From: a virus
Taxonomy: Duplodnaviria > Caudoviricetes
Direction: 5' to 3' (one strand)
Virus record (IMG/VR): IMGVR_UViG_3300029258_004003
Location: 1 to 32,684 of that record
DNA: 32,684 bases
How positions within the stretch are numbered: the stretch's first letter is position 1; the number at the start of each line of letters is the position of its first letter. The notes beneath the pieces are model-generated. The model ran no database searches and was not told the origin of the DNA. It was given only the letters and a program-made list of their open reading frames with translations. The position numbers and the translations under genes are program-made. Below, one piece after another: positions 23,938 through 32,002 of the stretch.

Positions 23938-24383
23938 GACGGCCCCCGCTTCCGCAGGCGGGCCGCCGCGCGCTCGAGCGCCTCGGGCGAGATGCCCGAT
24001 GCGAGGATCACGGCGCCGAGCTCGCTCAGGATGTCATCGCCGATCGTGGTGGGTCGGAGCCAGGGGTTCGACCGAGGCCCGACGTCCAGAGGGACGCCGA
24101 GCAGGTCGCACAGGGCCCCGCCCACGCCGGCCCGGGCGAGCCGGCGTTGTCGGGCGAGCTCCACCCCGTCGACCGCGGCCTTCCTCTGGGCGGGGGATCG
24201 CTCCTCCTTGGCGAAGTCGGCCTTCTCCACGGCCTTCTCCTTCGCACCAGATTGGACCGCGGCCTCCGGGGTTGCCTTCGCCGCCGAGTCAGGCGGAGCG
24301 GCCTTCGACTCGGCCGCCGCCGCCTTCTTCGTCGAGGCCGCCTTCGACTTCGGGGCGGCCTCCTTCGGCTTCGACCCGCTCAT
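23934..24383 (-). CDS. Hypothetical protein with Lys/Ala-rich N-terminus (149 aa)
   Basis: ATG 24383 overlaps the capsid TGA; its stop overlaps the next GTG. Confidence 0.75.
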   Translation of the reverse strand: MSGSKPKEAAPKSKAASTKKAAAAESKAAPPDSAAKATPEAAVQSGAKEKAVEKADFAKEERSPAQRKAAVDGVELARQRRLARAGVGGALCDLLGVPLDVGPRSNPWLRPTTIGDDILSELGAVILASGISPEALERAAARLRKRGPS

Positions 24384-25456
24384 CAGTCGGCCGCGTCCAC
24401 GCGGAAGAGCTGGTAGGGGTGGCCGTAGCCGACCGTGTTCCGCCCGTCGCACTTGTACTGGAGCTCCCGCTTCCGGGCGAGCTCCGGCGCAGCCTCGGGT
24501 CCGTGGTACAGGATGTTGAAGGGCTCGCGGTTCTGGTAGACGAGCGCCCCGAGCTCGCCCTCACCGGCGCTCTCGTTGGCCACGACGTAGTAGGTGGTGT
24601 CCGACCCGGCGTTGCCCTCCGTGGACGTGTAGGACGCCCCGAGCTCGGGCGCCTCCAGCGGGCGCTCCAGGTTCCAGCTCTTGACGATGGGGCTGACGTC
24701 CGCCCCGCCGGCTCCGCCGCTCGCCGCGTCCTGCGCGACCAGGGTGCCGAAGCAGAGCTGCATCACGCGCGCCTGCATCGCCGGCGGATGGATGATGGCC
24801 TTGATTCGCAGGTTCCGCGGGTTGACGCCGTTCGGCATCTTGATCCCGGCGATGTAGGCCCGGACCGCAGCCAGGTTGTCGATGGCGGCGTCGAGGGTGA
24901 CGCCCGCGTCGATCCGCGTCGCGTGCCCCATCCCCGTCGGCTTGAGCAGGTTCCGGAAGGTCCCGTCCCCGCTGTCCACCCCGTTCACGTAGTGCGCCGT
25001 GTTGAAGTAGGTGAGGCCGTCGTAGCTCGTGTGTCCGGCCGAGGCGCCGTCGAGGATCGCGTCCGCCACCTTGAACTGGGGCCAGTACGCGATCTGTTCC
25101 GCGATGTCCCGGGCCCAGCGCGCCGCGAGCTGGAGACCCTCGCCGCCGGGCGTCCCGTTGAACAGGTCCTCGAGCTGCTCCTTCTTGAGGATCAGCCCGG
25201 CCGACGCGAACTCGTTCTCCACCTCCGTGTACTGGGCGAGCATGTCCTCGAAGTGCGCCTGGCCCGACTCCATGTTGCGGATCATCGCCGTCGAGATCAG
25301 CCAGGTGAAGACCTCCTTCTTCGACATGGAGTTCTTCTCGGTCGCGACGCGCCGCCACCACGTCTGGGCGTTCAGGGTCCTGTAGGCATCCTCGACGATG
25401 GAGCGCATGTTGCTCTCCATCTCGTGGAGCCAGGTCGGCATGTCTTGGTAGCTCAT
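24383..25456 (-). CDS. Major capsid protein (Mu gpT-like, 357 aa)
   Basis: E.FTWL, VENEF...L.....LED, YDGLTYFNTAH, LRIKAIIHPPAM and C-terminal R..VGYG motifs; GGAG RBS. Confidence 0.92.
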   Translation of the reverse strand: MSYQDMPTWLHEMESNMRSIVEDAYRTLNAQTWWRRVATEKNSMSKKEVFTWLISTAMIRNMESGQAHFEDMLAQYTEVENEFASAGLILKKEQLEDLFNGTPGGEGLQLAARWARDIAEQIAYWPQFKVADAILDGASAGHTSYDGLTYFNTAHYVNGVDSGDGTFRNLLKPTGMGHATRIDAGVTLDAAIDNLAAVRAYIAGIKMPNGVNPRNLRIKAIIHPPAMQARVMQLCFGTLVAQDAASGGAGGADVSPIVKSWNLERPLEAPELGASYTSTEGNAGSDTTYYVVANESAGEGELGALVYQNREPFNILYHGPEAAPELARKRELQYKCDGRNTVGYGHPYQLFRVDAAD

Positions 25457-25471
25457 CTCCTACATCTCCTC

Positions 25472-26503
25472 TCAGGCCGCCGGGTGCATGATGGCGAACG
25501 GAACGCAGACGAACCCCTCGCCTGCCGTGAATGCCGAGGTGATGGCGTCGAACTGGAGCTCGTCGCCCTCCACGAAGAGCATCGCCTTGAAGCCCGTCTC
25601 GTCGCCGAGCTCGTCGCCGATCGTGCCGTTGGCGATTCCGGCGACGAGGGTCGCCGCCACGTCGCCCGAGGCGCCGCCGAGGACGTCGCCTCCCGCCTCG
25701 TAGCCCGTCAGCGACGTCGAGACGCCGATGGCCGAGCTCGAGCCGCCGGTAAAGCCCGTCGTCACCTCCCAGAAGGGCTGGCCGACGAGCCGCAGCACGA
25801 ACCCCGCCGGGACGGTGAGGATCGCGTCGCCGTCCGACATCGAGTAGTCGATCGGGAGCTTCACCACCTTGTACTTGTCGGCCGCGACCCACTGGCCGTC
25901 CCCGGCGTCGGGCTCCACGATGAGCTCCTGCCCCTCGTCCTCGGTGGCCGTGCCGTCGGAGTCGAAGCGCCAGATCGAGCCGTCGGACTGGAGGGTGACG
26001 ATCATGCCCTCGTAGCGGTTCACCGCTGCGATGGCCGAGAGTGCCGCCTTGTCGGCGACGCCGGCCGAGAAGTCGGAGCCGAGGCCCGACGGGCCCGTCA
26101 CCGCGACGCCCGCCTGGACGTAGACGTAGTCTCCCTCGATCGCGATGACGCGGCCCGCCTTCGAGCGGGTCGAGCTGCCCGACGAGGTCGAGACCGTCAT
26201 CGCGTCCTTGATGTAGACCTCCGACCAGAGGTCCCCGGAGTCGATGTCGTTCGGGCTGTCGTCGTTCAGGAACCCGTGCGCCCACACCTCCTCGAAGAGG
26301 TCGATCAGCACGGTCGCCGAGCTGTCTCCCAGGGCGAGATCCTCGGCGAACCTCCCGATCGGGAGCAGCGTCGTCGAGGCCGAGTCGCCGTCGCGTGCGA
26401 GCCCATCGGCCGTGTCGATCGCGGCGAGGTTTCCCTTGATCGCGGTCTCTCCCGTGTAGAGAACCACGCGGATCGTCTTGAAGCTCTTCCTTCGGACACG
26501 CAT
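25472..26503 (-). CDS. Head decoration / cement protein with two appended domains (343 aa)
   Basis: N-terminal 130 aa with D....VYIKD..TV......AGRV......VYV resembles capsid cement proteins; lies between protease and capsid. Confidence 0.7.
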   Translation of the reverse strand: MRVRRKSFKTIRVVLYTGETAIKGNLAAIDTADGLARDGDSASTTLLPIGRFAEDLALGDSSATVLIDLFEEVWAHGFLNDDSPNDIDSGDLWSEVYIKDAMTVSTSSGSSTRSKAGRVIAIEGDYVYVQAGVAVTGPSGLGSDFSAGVADKAALSAIAAVNRYEGMIVTLQSDGSIWRFDSDGTATEDEGQELIVEPDAGDGQWVAADKYKVVKLPIDYSMSDGDAILTVPAGFVLRLVGQPFWEVTTGFTGGSSSAIGVSTSLTGYEAGGDVLGGASGDVAATLVAGIANGTIGDELGDETGFKAMLFVEGDELQFDAITSAFTAGEGFVCVPFAIMHPAA

Positions 26504-27153
26504 CAGCGCACCTCCTCATCCATCGAACAGCCGATGATCTGGACGTTGCCGCGGGTCACGACGCCGGTGGCCGGCTTCTCGAGGCCCATCGCGCGCTTCA
26601 TCGCCCGAGCCTCGTCGGGCGGGAGCCGCGAGGGCCGGTCCTCCCCGGCACCGCGGGTCCCGCCCACCGTGGCCGTCGCCGCCGCATCGCCGAGCTTCGG
26701 GCGCTTCGGCTTGGGCAGCTCGGCGAGGATCGCCTTGACCTCGGAGAGGGGCTTGCTCGCGAGCAGCTTCGCCATGCCCTTCGGCACCCCGCCGTGGGCC
26801 GCGATCAGCCTGTCGCGCTCCTCGGCCTCGTGCCGCCGCTCGAGCGCCATCAGGCGCTTCTCGACGCTCGCCCCGTGGGCCGCGAGGGCGCCGGCGGTCG
26901 AGGCGCTGACGGTCCCGGGCGTCGCGGCGGCCTTGGCCTCCTCGTCGTCCTCCTCGCCCTCGGCCTCCTCCTCGGCGGGCTCGTCCTCGGCGGACTCCTC
27001 GTCGGCCGGCTTCTCCTCGTCCTCGGCCGACTCCTCCTCGTCGCCGTCCAGCGCGGCGAGAGCCCTGCGAGCGCTCTCGCGCTCCTCCTCGCTGCACTCC
27101 TCGTCCTCGGCGAGGGCCTGGAGTGCCTTCCGAGCTTCTTCTTTCTTATCCAT
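26503..27153 (-). CDS. Nested in-frame scaffolding protein (lambda Nu3-like, 216 aa)
   Basis: GAGGAAACG-ATG-GAT-AAG-AAA-GAA is an internal RBS with an A-rich start right after the protease domain. Confidence 0.7.
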   Translation of the reverse strand: MDKKEEARKALQALAEDEECSEEERESARRALAALDGDEEESAEDEEKPADEESAEDEPAEEEAEGEEDDEEAKAAATPGTVSASTAGALAAHGASVEKRLMALERRHEAEERDRLIAAHGGVPKGMAKLLASKPLSEVKAILAELPKPKRPKLGDAAATATVGGTRGAGEDRPSRLPPDEARAMKRAMGLEKPATGVVTRGNVQIIGCSMDEEVR

Positions 27154-27912
27154 CGTTTCCTCGTGTGGCCCCGCGCCGAGTGACGCGAGCAGGTGATCGA
27201 AGCTGCCGACCCCGTCGACGAGCCTGGCCTTGACTGCGGCTGAGCCGCGGAACGAAGCGGCCTGCATGGCCGCGATTTCCTCTGTCGAGATGCCGCGCCG
27301 GACCGAGACGAACTCGAAGAATTCGGCGGCCAGGCCGTCAATGTCAGCCTGAAACGCCGCGAGCTCGTCCCTGGTCATCGGCTGAACCGGCCAGCCGTCG
27401 CCCTTGCGTGCGCCGCTCGTGATGAGCGACACCTTGATCCCGGCCTCCTCAAGAGCGCGGCTCTCGTCAACCCTCGCGGCGATGACCCCGATCGAGCCGA
27501 CCTTCGCGGTCCGAGACGCGGAGATGTGCTCCGCCGCGGCCGCCAGGGCGTAGCCCGCAGAGCATCCGTCCCCCTCGATGTGCGCCATCAGCCGCTTGCC
27601 CGCGCGATCGCAAGCCGCGCGGATGGCGCGTGCCGTGTCGAAGAGGCCCGCCACGTCGCCGCCGGGCGAATCGATCGAGAGGACTACCACCGGCGCTGTC
27701 TGCTGGCAGGCATCCTCGACGCGCCGGCGGATCGCCTCGTAGGAGTCCTCCCACCAGTCGTCGTGCTGAGACAGCGGGCCACGGATCGTAACGACCGTGG
27801 CCACCTCGTCGGCGACGTTCTCCGGGGCCTCGGTCGCGGCGAAAAGCATGAGAAACGCTTGCGGGTCGACCGCCTGGAGAGGATTGCGTGGCTCGTAGCG
27901 ACGCATCGTCAC
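26503..27912 (-). CDS. S49 (SppA-type) prohead protease with C-terminal scaffold
   Basis: IDSPGG, CSAGYALAAAA (catalytic Ser), VGSIGV, SGARK (Lys), LVD; acidic, coiled-coil C-terminal half. Confidence 0.92.
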   Translation of the reverse strand: MTMRRYEPRNPLQAVDPQAFLMLFAATEAPENVADEVATVVTIRGPLSQHDDWWEDSYEAIRRRVEDACQQTAPVVVLSIDSPGGDVAGLFDTARAIRAACDRAGKRLMAHIEGDGCSAGYALAAAAEHISASRTAKVGSIGVIAARVDESRALEEAGIKVSLITSGARKGDGWPVQPMTRDELAAFQADIDGLAAEFFEFVSVRRGISTEEIAAMQAASFRGSAAVKARLVDGVGSFDHLLASLGAGPHEETMDKKEEARKALQALAEDEECSEEERESARRALAALDGDEEESAEDEEKPADEESAEDEPAEEEAEGEEDDEEAKAAATPGTVSASTAGALAAHGASVEKRLMALERRHEAEERDRLIAAHGGVPKGMAKLLASKPLSEVKAILAELPKPKRPKLGDAAATATVGGTRGAGEDRPSRLPPDEARAMKRAMGLEKPATGVVTRGNVQIIGCSMDEEVR

Positions 27913-29264
27913 GACGCTTCCCCCACGAGCCGGATGCTCGGCTTGTCCTCGTCCGCCCGCTCCCCCTCGTCGCCCGCGGGCTCACGGATCGGGATCCCGT
28001 ACTGAGAGCACATCGCCCGCGTATCCAACTCGAAGCCGTCGGCCGCCAGCGCCTCGCGGACCGAGACGATCGCCTGGCCCGCCATCGACAGGGCCGTCGC
28101 CGTCGCGGTCAGGTCCTTGGGGGGTGTCGTGTCCCAGGCGACGACCGGGCACTCGCCGAGCCGGTCCTCACCGAAGACCGCGGCGACGTAGGCCGGGATA
28201 CCCTGCGTGTTGACCGTGTAGGCGAGACCCTGCGCGGTGGCCTGGATGAGGTCGGCGCGGATCGACTTGTGAACGTCCGCGTTCGCGAAGCCGATCCCGC
28301 CCTCGGTCGTCACCGTCTGGCCGGCGACGGCGATGATCATCTCCTCGTTCTGGGCCTTGATCGTCTCCGTGAAGGAATCGGCGCCGCGGCCGTTGCTCTC
28401 GAGGAGCTTGACGTCGTAGCCGGGGGTCAGGCCGAAAACGGTGTTCATGCCCCAGGCCATCACCTTGCGGAACCACGACTGCCGGTGCGGCTCGGCGGCG
28501 CCCTGGGGTGCGATGGCGACGCGGGCCGGGTTCGCCAGTTTCCTCTCCCAGTTGTCGCGACCCAGCGCCGCGTGGTCCTTCCGGATCGCGGCCCGGGCCA
28601 GGCACCGCCACAGGCCCGCCTGCCACGGCGTCTGTCGCCCGCCGGGGGTGTGGAGCACCCAGCGCCCGTCTCCGGGGGTGATCGGGAGCAAGCCGATCAC
28701 GCTCTGATACCACCAGCGGTCCTCCTGCCAGCGGTAGATGAGGTACTGAGGATCGAGCCGCACGAAGACGGGGTAGCTCCGCGCCTCGACCCAGCGGAGC
28801 TCCCCGACGCCAACCCCGAGGCCGATGCCGTCGCGAGCGAGCAGGGCGAGCTCCCCGGGCGGGAACATCTCGTCGAAGACCGGCCGGCTCGAGAGGTCGG
28901 AGGAGCGGAGGTCCTCGAGGATGTCCGAGGGGCCGCGGAACGTCTTGGGGAGCCGCACCAGCCCATCGGTGCGCGTCGACATCACGCCGGAGAGCACGCC
29001 GTCCCGCCACGCGTAGGCCATGAGCTGCGCGGCCAGCATCATGGACCCGCTGTTCGCCGCATACTCGGCGGTCTCGACGTCCTTCTGGTACCAGCGGGTC
29101 CGGGTGACGGGCGGGAGCTGTATCTGCCCGCCGAAGCGCGAGCGGGCCTCCTCGGCCTCCTCGGAGTCGAGGTCGAGGTAGGCGCCAGCGTAGGGGGAAG
29201 GGTCGTAGCCGAACCAGCCGGCGAGGTGGAGGAGCGTCTCTCGGACGGAGTCTCCGAAGCTCAC
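27909..29264 (-). CDS. Portal protein (Mu gp29 / DUF935-like, 451 aa)
   Basis: Position and size; DG.....M..R, G.GVGEL.W, W....ANP and N.EM..AV.GQT.TTEG motifs. Confidence 0.88.
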   Translation of the reverse strand: MSFGDSVRETLLHLAGWFGYDPSPYAGAYLDLDSEEAEEARSRFGGQIQLPPVTRTRWYQKDVETAEYAANSGSMMLAAQLMAYAWRDGVLSGVMSTRTDGLVRLPKTFRGPSDILEDLRSSDLSSRPVFDEMFPPGELALLARDGIGLGVGVGELRWVEARSYPVFVRLDPQYLIYRWQEDRWWYQSVIGLLPITPGDGRWVLHTPGGRQTPWQAGLWRCLARAAIRKDHAALGRDNWERKLANPARVAIAPQGAAEPHRQSWFRKVMAWGMNTVFGLTPGYDVKLLESNGRGADSFTETIKAQNEEMIIAVAGQTVTTEGGIGFANADVHKSIRADLIQATAQGLAYTVNTQGIPAYVAAVFGEDRLGECPVVAWDTTPPKDLTATATALSMAGQAIVSVREALAADGFELDTRAMCSQYGIPIREPAGDEGERADEDKPSIRLVGEAS

Positions 29265-29322
29265 GCCTCTATCGTCGGCGATTCGGTTCGGAAAATCCTA
29301 TGATTCGGCGCCTACATGAGGC

Positions 29323-29520
29323 TTAGCCTTGTAGCAAATCCCAGCTATCCGGCGGTATTGCGTAGCAAAGACGAAGGGTTTCGCGGGCCCGGGGGCCAGG
29401 TCGATTCCGTCCGGAACACCAGTGATAGACGGCGCTCGGAGTCACCCGGCAGCGACGGGCCATGTGACGTATCGTCGTGCGCGCACGCGCGAGGAGCAGC
29501 AGCCGGCGGCCCTCGGTCAT
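29323..29520 (-). CDS. Small Cro/XRE-like HTH protein (65 aa)
   Basis: TIRHMARRCRVTPSAVYHWCSGRNRP HTH; similar to the N-terminal domain of 31176-31724. Confidence 0.8.
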   Translation of the reverse strand: MTEGRRLLLLARARTTIRHMARRCRVTPSAVYHWCSGRNRPGPRARETLRLCYAIPPDSWDLLQG

Positions 29521-29523
29521 CGG

Positions 29524-31179
29524 CTACCCGTAGGGATCGATCCCGTCGTCGGCGTAGGGGTCCAGATCCAGGCCGAACCCTTCGTCGTCCTCGTCCTCCT
29601 CCTCGGCCTCCGTGGTCGCCGCCTCGCTGAGCACCGGCCACACCGCCAGCGCCAGGGCGTCGTAGCTGTCCGGCGAGCGCCCGAGCAGCTTCCGGAGCTG
29701 CTTCTTCGGCGTCACCTTCGAGCGGCCCGCCGTGCCCCGCTCCCACTCCAAGGCGTGGAGCTCCGTCTCGAGCTGCTCGTCCTCGAGGAGCGCCCCGCCC
29801 TCCTTGAGCCACGACCAGAGGTTGTGGGCGAGCTCGTCGCGCACCCGGTCGAAGGTCATCGGCTCGCGGATCGCCTTGTCGCTCGCCCGCACCCGGTGGA
29901 GCTCGAACGTCGCCCCGGCCCGCGATGACAGGCCGCGGAGGTAGGTGTACGTGTCCCAGCCGATCTTGCCCTCGGAGTCGATCACCACGAGGGCCCGCTC
30001 CCGAGGGTGCTCGCGCAGCTCCTCGATCAGCCCGAGTAGCTGGACGCCGTGCCCCTCCTCGGTCAGCCCCCGGTGCCGACGCAACGCCACGATCTTGTCG
30101 CCGCGGCGCGCCACCATGGCCGTGTCGTCGCCGGTCCCGCTCTCGCCCGCGGGGTCGAGGCCGATCTGGAGGATGCCGACCGCCTCGCTCTCGGGCCACC
30201 GCTCCTCGGCCTCGGTGATGAGCGCGATCGAGAACGCCTTGCCGTCCTCGCCGATCGGGAACTCGCCGTCGACGCGTACCTTCACGAAGGCCGAATCCTC
30301 GCCGTACTTCGCGACCATCTGCTCCACCCAGTAGTGCGTCGCGAGTCCGGGGATCACGTTGCGGCGCTCGACCGCGTTCGGCGTCTCTCGGCTCGAGATC
30401 GTGATCCGGTGATAGACCTCCTTCTTCCGGGGGTGCTCGTGCGAGTCGTAGAACTCCCCCACGGTCCGCGTCGGGTTGCCGATCAGCAACATGCGGACCA
30501 TCACACCGGCCTCCTCGGTCCAGCCCGCCCGGTTGCCCTCGAGGCCCTCATAGATCGCATCGGCGACGCCGCTCGCCTCGTCCATGATGAAGAACAAGGC
30601 GGCTCCGGCGGTCCCGGTGATTGCCTCGACGTCGCGGACCGTGTACCCCTTCACCTCGCGGAAGTCGCCCGAGAGCAGCCCGGTCCCCGCGCGCTCCGCC
30701 GGGCGCCCGTCGATCACGGTCCCGTGCGGGCACGGGCGCGGTCCGGAGGGGTCCTCGAGAGTGCAGGCAAGGCATCGCCCCGACCGTGCGTGGAGTTGCC
30801 GCACCGCGCGCCACACCACGCCCTGCACGTTCGCCGCCGTCGGAGCGGTGCAGATGACCCGGGCGTCAGGGAAGGAGCAGTAGAACCACAGCGCCAGCGA
30901 GCCGGCCAGCCAGCTCTTGCCGACGCGGTGGCCACTCTTGACACTCACGAGGGCATGCTCGACCACGGCGCGCATGACCTCGGCCTGGCGCTCCCATGGG
31001 TCGTACCCGAGGATCTCCCGGCAGAAGCCCACAGGGTCGGTGGCGTACCGCGGCGATGGCCACGACAGCATCGTCGCCGCCCGCACGAGCACCAGGAGTG
31101 CCTCCCGCAGGTCCTCCGCGAACGTCTTGCGGTCCGACGGCACCCGATGCCGCCGGCGCTTCTCCAGGGCAAGGGTCAT
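29524..31179 (-). CDS. terL: Terminase large subunit (551 aa)
   Basis: Walker A SGHRVGKS, APT, Walker B FFIMDEASG, coupling motif IGNP, RNase H-like GLDPA...DDTA and RSPDSYDALAL. Start MTLAL in an ATGA overlap. Confidence 0.96.
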   Translation of the reverse strand: MTLALEKRRRHRVPSDRKTFAEDLREALLVLVRAATMLSWPSPRYATDPVGFCREILGYDPWERQAEVMRAVVEHALVSVKSGHRVGKSWLAGSLALWFYCSFPDARVICTAPTAANVQGVVWRAVRQLHARSGRCLACTLEDPSGPRPCPHGTVIDGRPAERAGTGLLSGDFREVKGYTVRDVEAITGTAGAALFFIMDEASGVADAIYEGLEGNRAGWTEEAGVMVRMLLIGNPTRTVGEFYDSHEHPRKKEVYHRITISSRETPNAVERRNVIPGLATHYWVEQMVAKYGEDSAFVKVRVDGEFPIGEDGKAFSIALITEAEERWPESEAVGILQIGLDPAGESGTGDDTAMVARRGDKIVALRRHRGLTEEGHGVQLLGLIEELREHPRERALVVIDSEGKIGWDTYTYLRGLSSRAGATFELHRVRASDKAIREPMTFDRVRDELAHNLWSWLKEGGALLEDEQLETELHALEWERGTAGRSKVTPKKQLRKLLGRSPDSYDALALAVWPVLSEAATTEAEEEDEDDEGFGLDLDPYADDGIDPYG

Positions 31180-31724
31180 TCGAGCGCCTCGGCCACGGCC
31201 GCCGCCGCCTCGGGGTAGGGCTCGAGCGCCCGGAGGATCGCGGCCTTGAGGGCGGCCCAGGCCGGATGCTCCCGCACCGCCCGGTCCTCGGCCATCTCCT
31301 GGTCGCGCTCGAGGCGAGCCCGAAGGGCGAGGAGCTTCGCCAGCGTGTCGCGGAGCTTCGCCGCCGCCCCGTCCGTAAGGGCCTCGTCCTTCAGCGCCGC
31401 CAGGATGCTGTCGATCTGGCGCTTCGTGATCTCGAGCGTGTCGCCGTCCGACCCGGCCGCGCTCTCGGGCGCCACGGACGGCAGCGGCGCGCCCGGCGCG
31501 ACGTCCCACGCCCGCCGGGGAATGCCGAAGAGCAGCTCGAGCTTGTGGCGATGGGCCTCGCCGGGGACGCGCCGGCCCCGCCGCCAGTGCCCTACCACGG
31601 CAGCCCCACAACCGAGCTTCGCCGCGATCTCGGCCTCGGTCCCGCCGAGCTCGACGAGCTCCCGCTGGCCCTCCGTCTTCGCCTCCGGCCCCGGCCTCGC
31701 CTTCCGCCTCCGCTTCGGCTTCAT
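31176..31724 (-). CDS. HTH plus helical-domain protein (182 aa), possible small terminase or late regulator
   Basis: TEAEIAAKLGCGAAVVGHWRRGRRVP HTH and a helical C-terminus; coupled to terL. Confidence 0.8.
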   Translation of the reverse strand: MKPKRRRKARPGPEAKTEGQRELVELGGTEAEIAAKLGCGAAVVGHWRRGRRVPGEAHRHKLELLFGIPRRAWDVAPGAPLPSVAPESAAGSDGDTLEITKRQIDSILAALKDEALTDGAAAKLRDTLAKLLALRARLERDQEMAEDRAVREHPAWAALKAAILRALEPYPEAAAAVAEALE

Positions 31725-32002
31725 CGCTTCGCCCGGTGCAGCAGGTCCGTGTAGAGCTTGATCGCTGCCGCCTCGATCGCGATGGCCCGGTGCGCCAGCA
31801 CCACGCCCCGCATGTCCCGCACGACGATCCCTTCCTCGTCGATTCGAGCCCTCGCCTCCCGCGCAAGCTGGATCTGGATCACGATCGCCTCGACCATCGC
31901 CATGGGCGTCGACGGGTGGCATTGCTCACAAATCTCGTCCAGGAGCTCTTCGGACAACGTGGGTGCTCCGGCATTCCCCGACGCGCTCTCTTCTGATGAC
32001 AT
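31721..32002 (-). CDS. P27-family small terminase-like protein (93 aa)
   Basis: ARARIDEEGIVVRDMRGVVLAHRAIAIE resembles the P27 core A...I..EG.......G....HPA; AAGGAGGTGA RBS. Confidence 0.6.
   Translation of the reverse strand: MSSEESASGNAGAPTLSEELLDEICEQCHPSTPMAMVEAIVIQIQLAREARARIDEEGIVVRDMRGVVLAHRAIAIEAAAIKLYTDLLHRAKR

Noticed and set aside
23999-27196. 1065-aa plus-strand ORF and other long plus-strand ORFs (874-2904, 3036-4709, 7660-9192, 18024-19979, 27888-29303)
   Set aside because: Antisense shadows of GC3-biased minus-strand genes, with no recognisable motifs.
29524-31866. N-terminal extensions in the ORF track for terL, hub, baseplate J, fibre, ATPase and the holin-like gene
   Set aside because: They overlap upstream genes; internal starts with RBS or stop-start coupling fit better.
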